Positions 62,660-64,000 of a stretch of DNA of 64,000 nt are shown here, in pieces. Every line of letters begins with the position of its first letter. Positions within the stretch are counted from its first letter, which is position 1. A program made the position numbers and the translations under genes. This DNA is from Amphiscolops sp. MND2022 (lineage: Eukaryota). The stretch covers positions 32,428,001-32,492,000 of the forward strand of contig OZ076409.1 in the NCBI GenBank assembly GCA_964187785.1. Reading direction: 5' to 3'. Below the pieces are notes generated by a model that was not told the origin of the DNA, did no database searches, and was given only the letters and a program-made list of their open reading frames with translations.

Positions 62660-63420
62660 TTTTTTACAAGTATTGCGAAGCAGAAGGTTCTCACTTCTTC
62701 GGCACTATGAGACTCCTCCACCCCTTTCGGCTTTGTGAGACTTTTTTTCGAAAATATTCTAATGTCCTCGAAGTGTCCTCCCTTCAATTTGATTTATATT
62801 TTGCAACAAAAAAGATGTGAGAAAATCCTACAGGATCCTTTTTTCAGATTTTTCGGCTCTAAGAGGTTGTTAAAATTTCTCATTTTCCAAAAAAATTTCT
62901 GAAGACTCCAAACGATCCCCCTTCATTTCTTTGAATGTTTGCAACAGAAGGGATGTTGAAAAATCTCAAAGGGCCTCCTTTTACAGTTTTCGGCACTGTG
63001 AGATTTTTCAAAAGGAATAGTTTTTGTCTTAAAGTTCGGTTTTCATAGGCCCAGCACGCTTTATCCGATTTCCGTTTTTTTAAAGACCGGTGTTTTTTTC
63101 AATGCGACTTTTTAAAAATTTGTTTTCAACGAAGCTCCCCTGAATTTTCACAAGAAACGAACTGTTCTGCGAGCGTAAAGGACTTCTCGAGGTTTTCGGC
63201 ACTATGCGACTTACCGGGGACTATCAAAAATTTATTTCTTCAATTTTCTGTTTTCTTTAAAGGTTTTCCGTTGCGAAAGATGGTTTTTTTGCAGTTTCCA
63301 AGTGGGGAAGAATGGTTTTTGAGACTTATGCGTATCCCCTCGGGTATTTCTTGCCGCTGTAAAATTGATGAAATTTTAACATTATTGTCCTTTTACCATT
63401 GGTTCTGCTTATTTATCATA
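62660..63420 (+). repeat. Dispersed repeat body, same family as 39170-40090
   Basis: Shared blocks ttcggcactatg(a/c)gact, ttatgcgtatcccc and gatgaaattttaacatta. Confidence 0.7.
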
Positions 63421-64000
63421 CCATTATGATACTGCTTATTTGTTTTCTTTTGAAAAGTTCACAACTTTCTTCGCAAGTGTTTGTGAAGCACGGCTTCGCG
63501 TCTGTGTTACATATTGCATGAATGCATGCAGGGAAATTTTTTTAAAAACCTAGAAAATTCAGGGATCAAGCAGGGAAAAATCTTGTGAAACTTCCCTGCA
63601 TCTTGGAAAATCTTGTAAAATTTCCCTGCATCTTTCAAAATCCTAGAAGTTTTTCACTGCGCTTTAGAAAGAGCTTTGCAACCTGATAAATCTTTGGAAA
63701 AATGTTTAATTTTCAGATGAAAACTTTTGGAAAAAGTCACTGCAACTGAAATTTTGAGCAAGAGTTCGCTTCTTCGATGAAAAAGATGACGACACTAAAT
63801 TTGAGAACTGAATTTCAAGGCAGCAATGTAGAAGTTCAGTTATAAAAACTACATTGGAATTCATAGACACCAAATTCAATTTTAGCGTTTAAAAGAGATG
63901 ACGTTTTCGGGAGCCATCTGGCATCAAACTCCTAGGGCATCTGCACTAGTTGCAAGTCAGCTTCCACGTCAAAAACGATTCCACAAGAATGCTTCTGAAA

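Noticed and set aside
63520..63660. Transposon end with ~30-bp direct and inverted gcagggaa/ttccctgc repeats
   Set aside because: The repeats are real, but there is no partner end or TSD in the window, so it cannot be classified.

Overview
AT-rich, repeat-saturated eukaryotic (animal-like) DNA with no intact host gene, rRNA or CRISPR array. Almost everything is decayed mobile DNA. The most striking system is a multi-exon, minus-strand tyrosine-recombinase (Crypton-like) locus at ~19.2-30.3 kb. In transcription order it carries a C2HC zinc finger, a KDM2/KDM7-type JmjC histone-demethylase domain, a PR-Set7/SETD8-like SET methyltransferase domain, a 57-bp coding tandem repeat, a tyrosine recombinase and a C-terminal Myb/SANT-like motif. 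A second copy of the ZnF-JmjC-SET part lies at 1-5.2 kb and a JmjC-only partial copy at 5.3-6.8 kb. The second major object is a complete 15.7-kb Ty3/Gypsy element (41650-57384, minus strand, ~1.69-kb LTRs, GCTGG target-site duplication). Its LTR boundaries are both crossed by ORFs, and it carries an extra ORF plus an antisense, intron-containing gene with hAT-transposase-like motifs. Also present: a BEL/Pao pol fragment with 3' LTR, another Gypsy relic, a 772-bp hAT derivative with 8-bp TSD inserted in the JmjC exon, a non-autonomous LTR element, palindromic MITE-like pieces, tRNA-derived heads and a dispersed ~57-bp minisatellite. All calls come from manual motif reading and translation. No database search was run, and exon/relic boundaries are approximate unless a TSD or LTR terminus is quoted.
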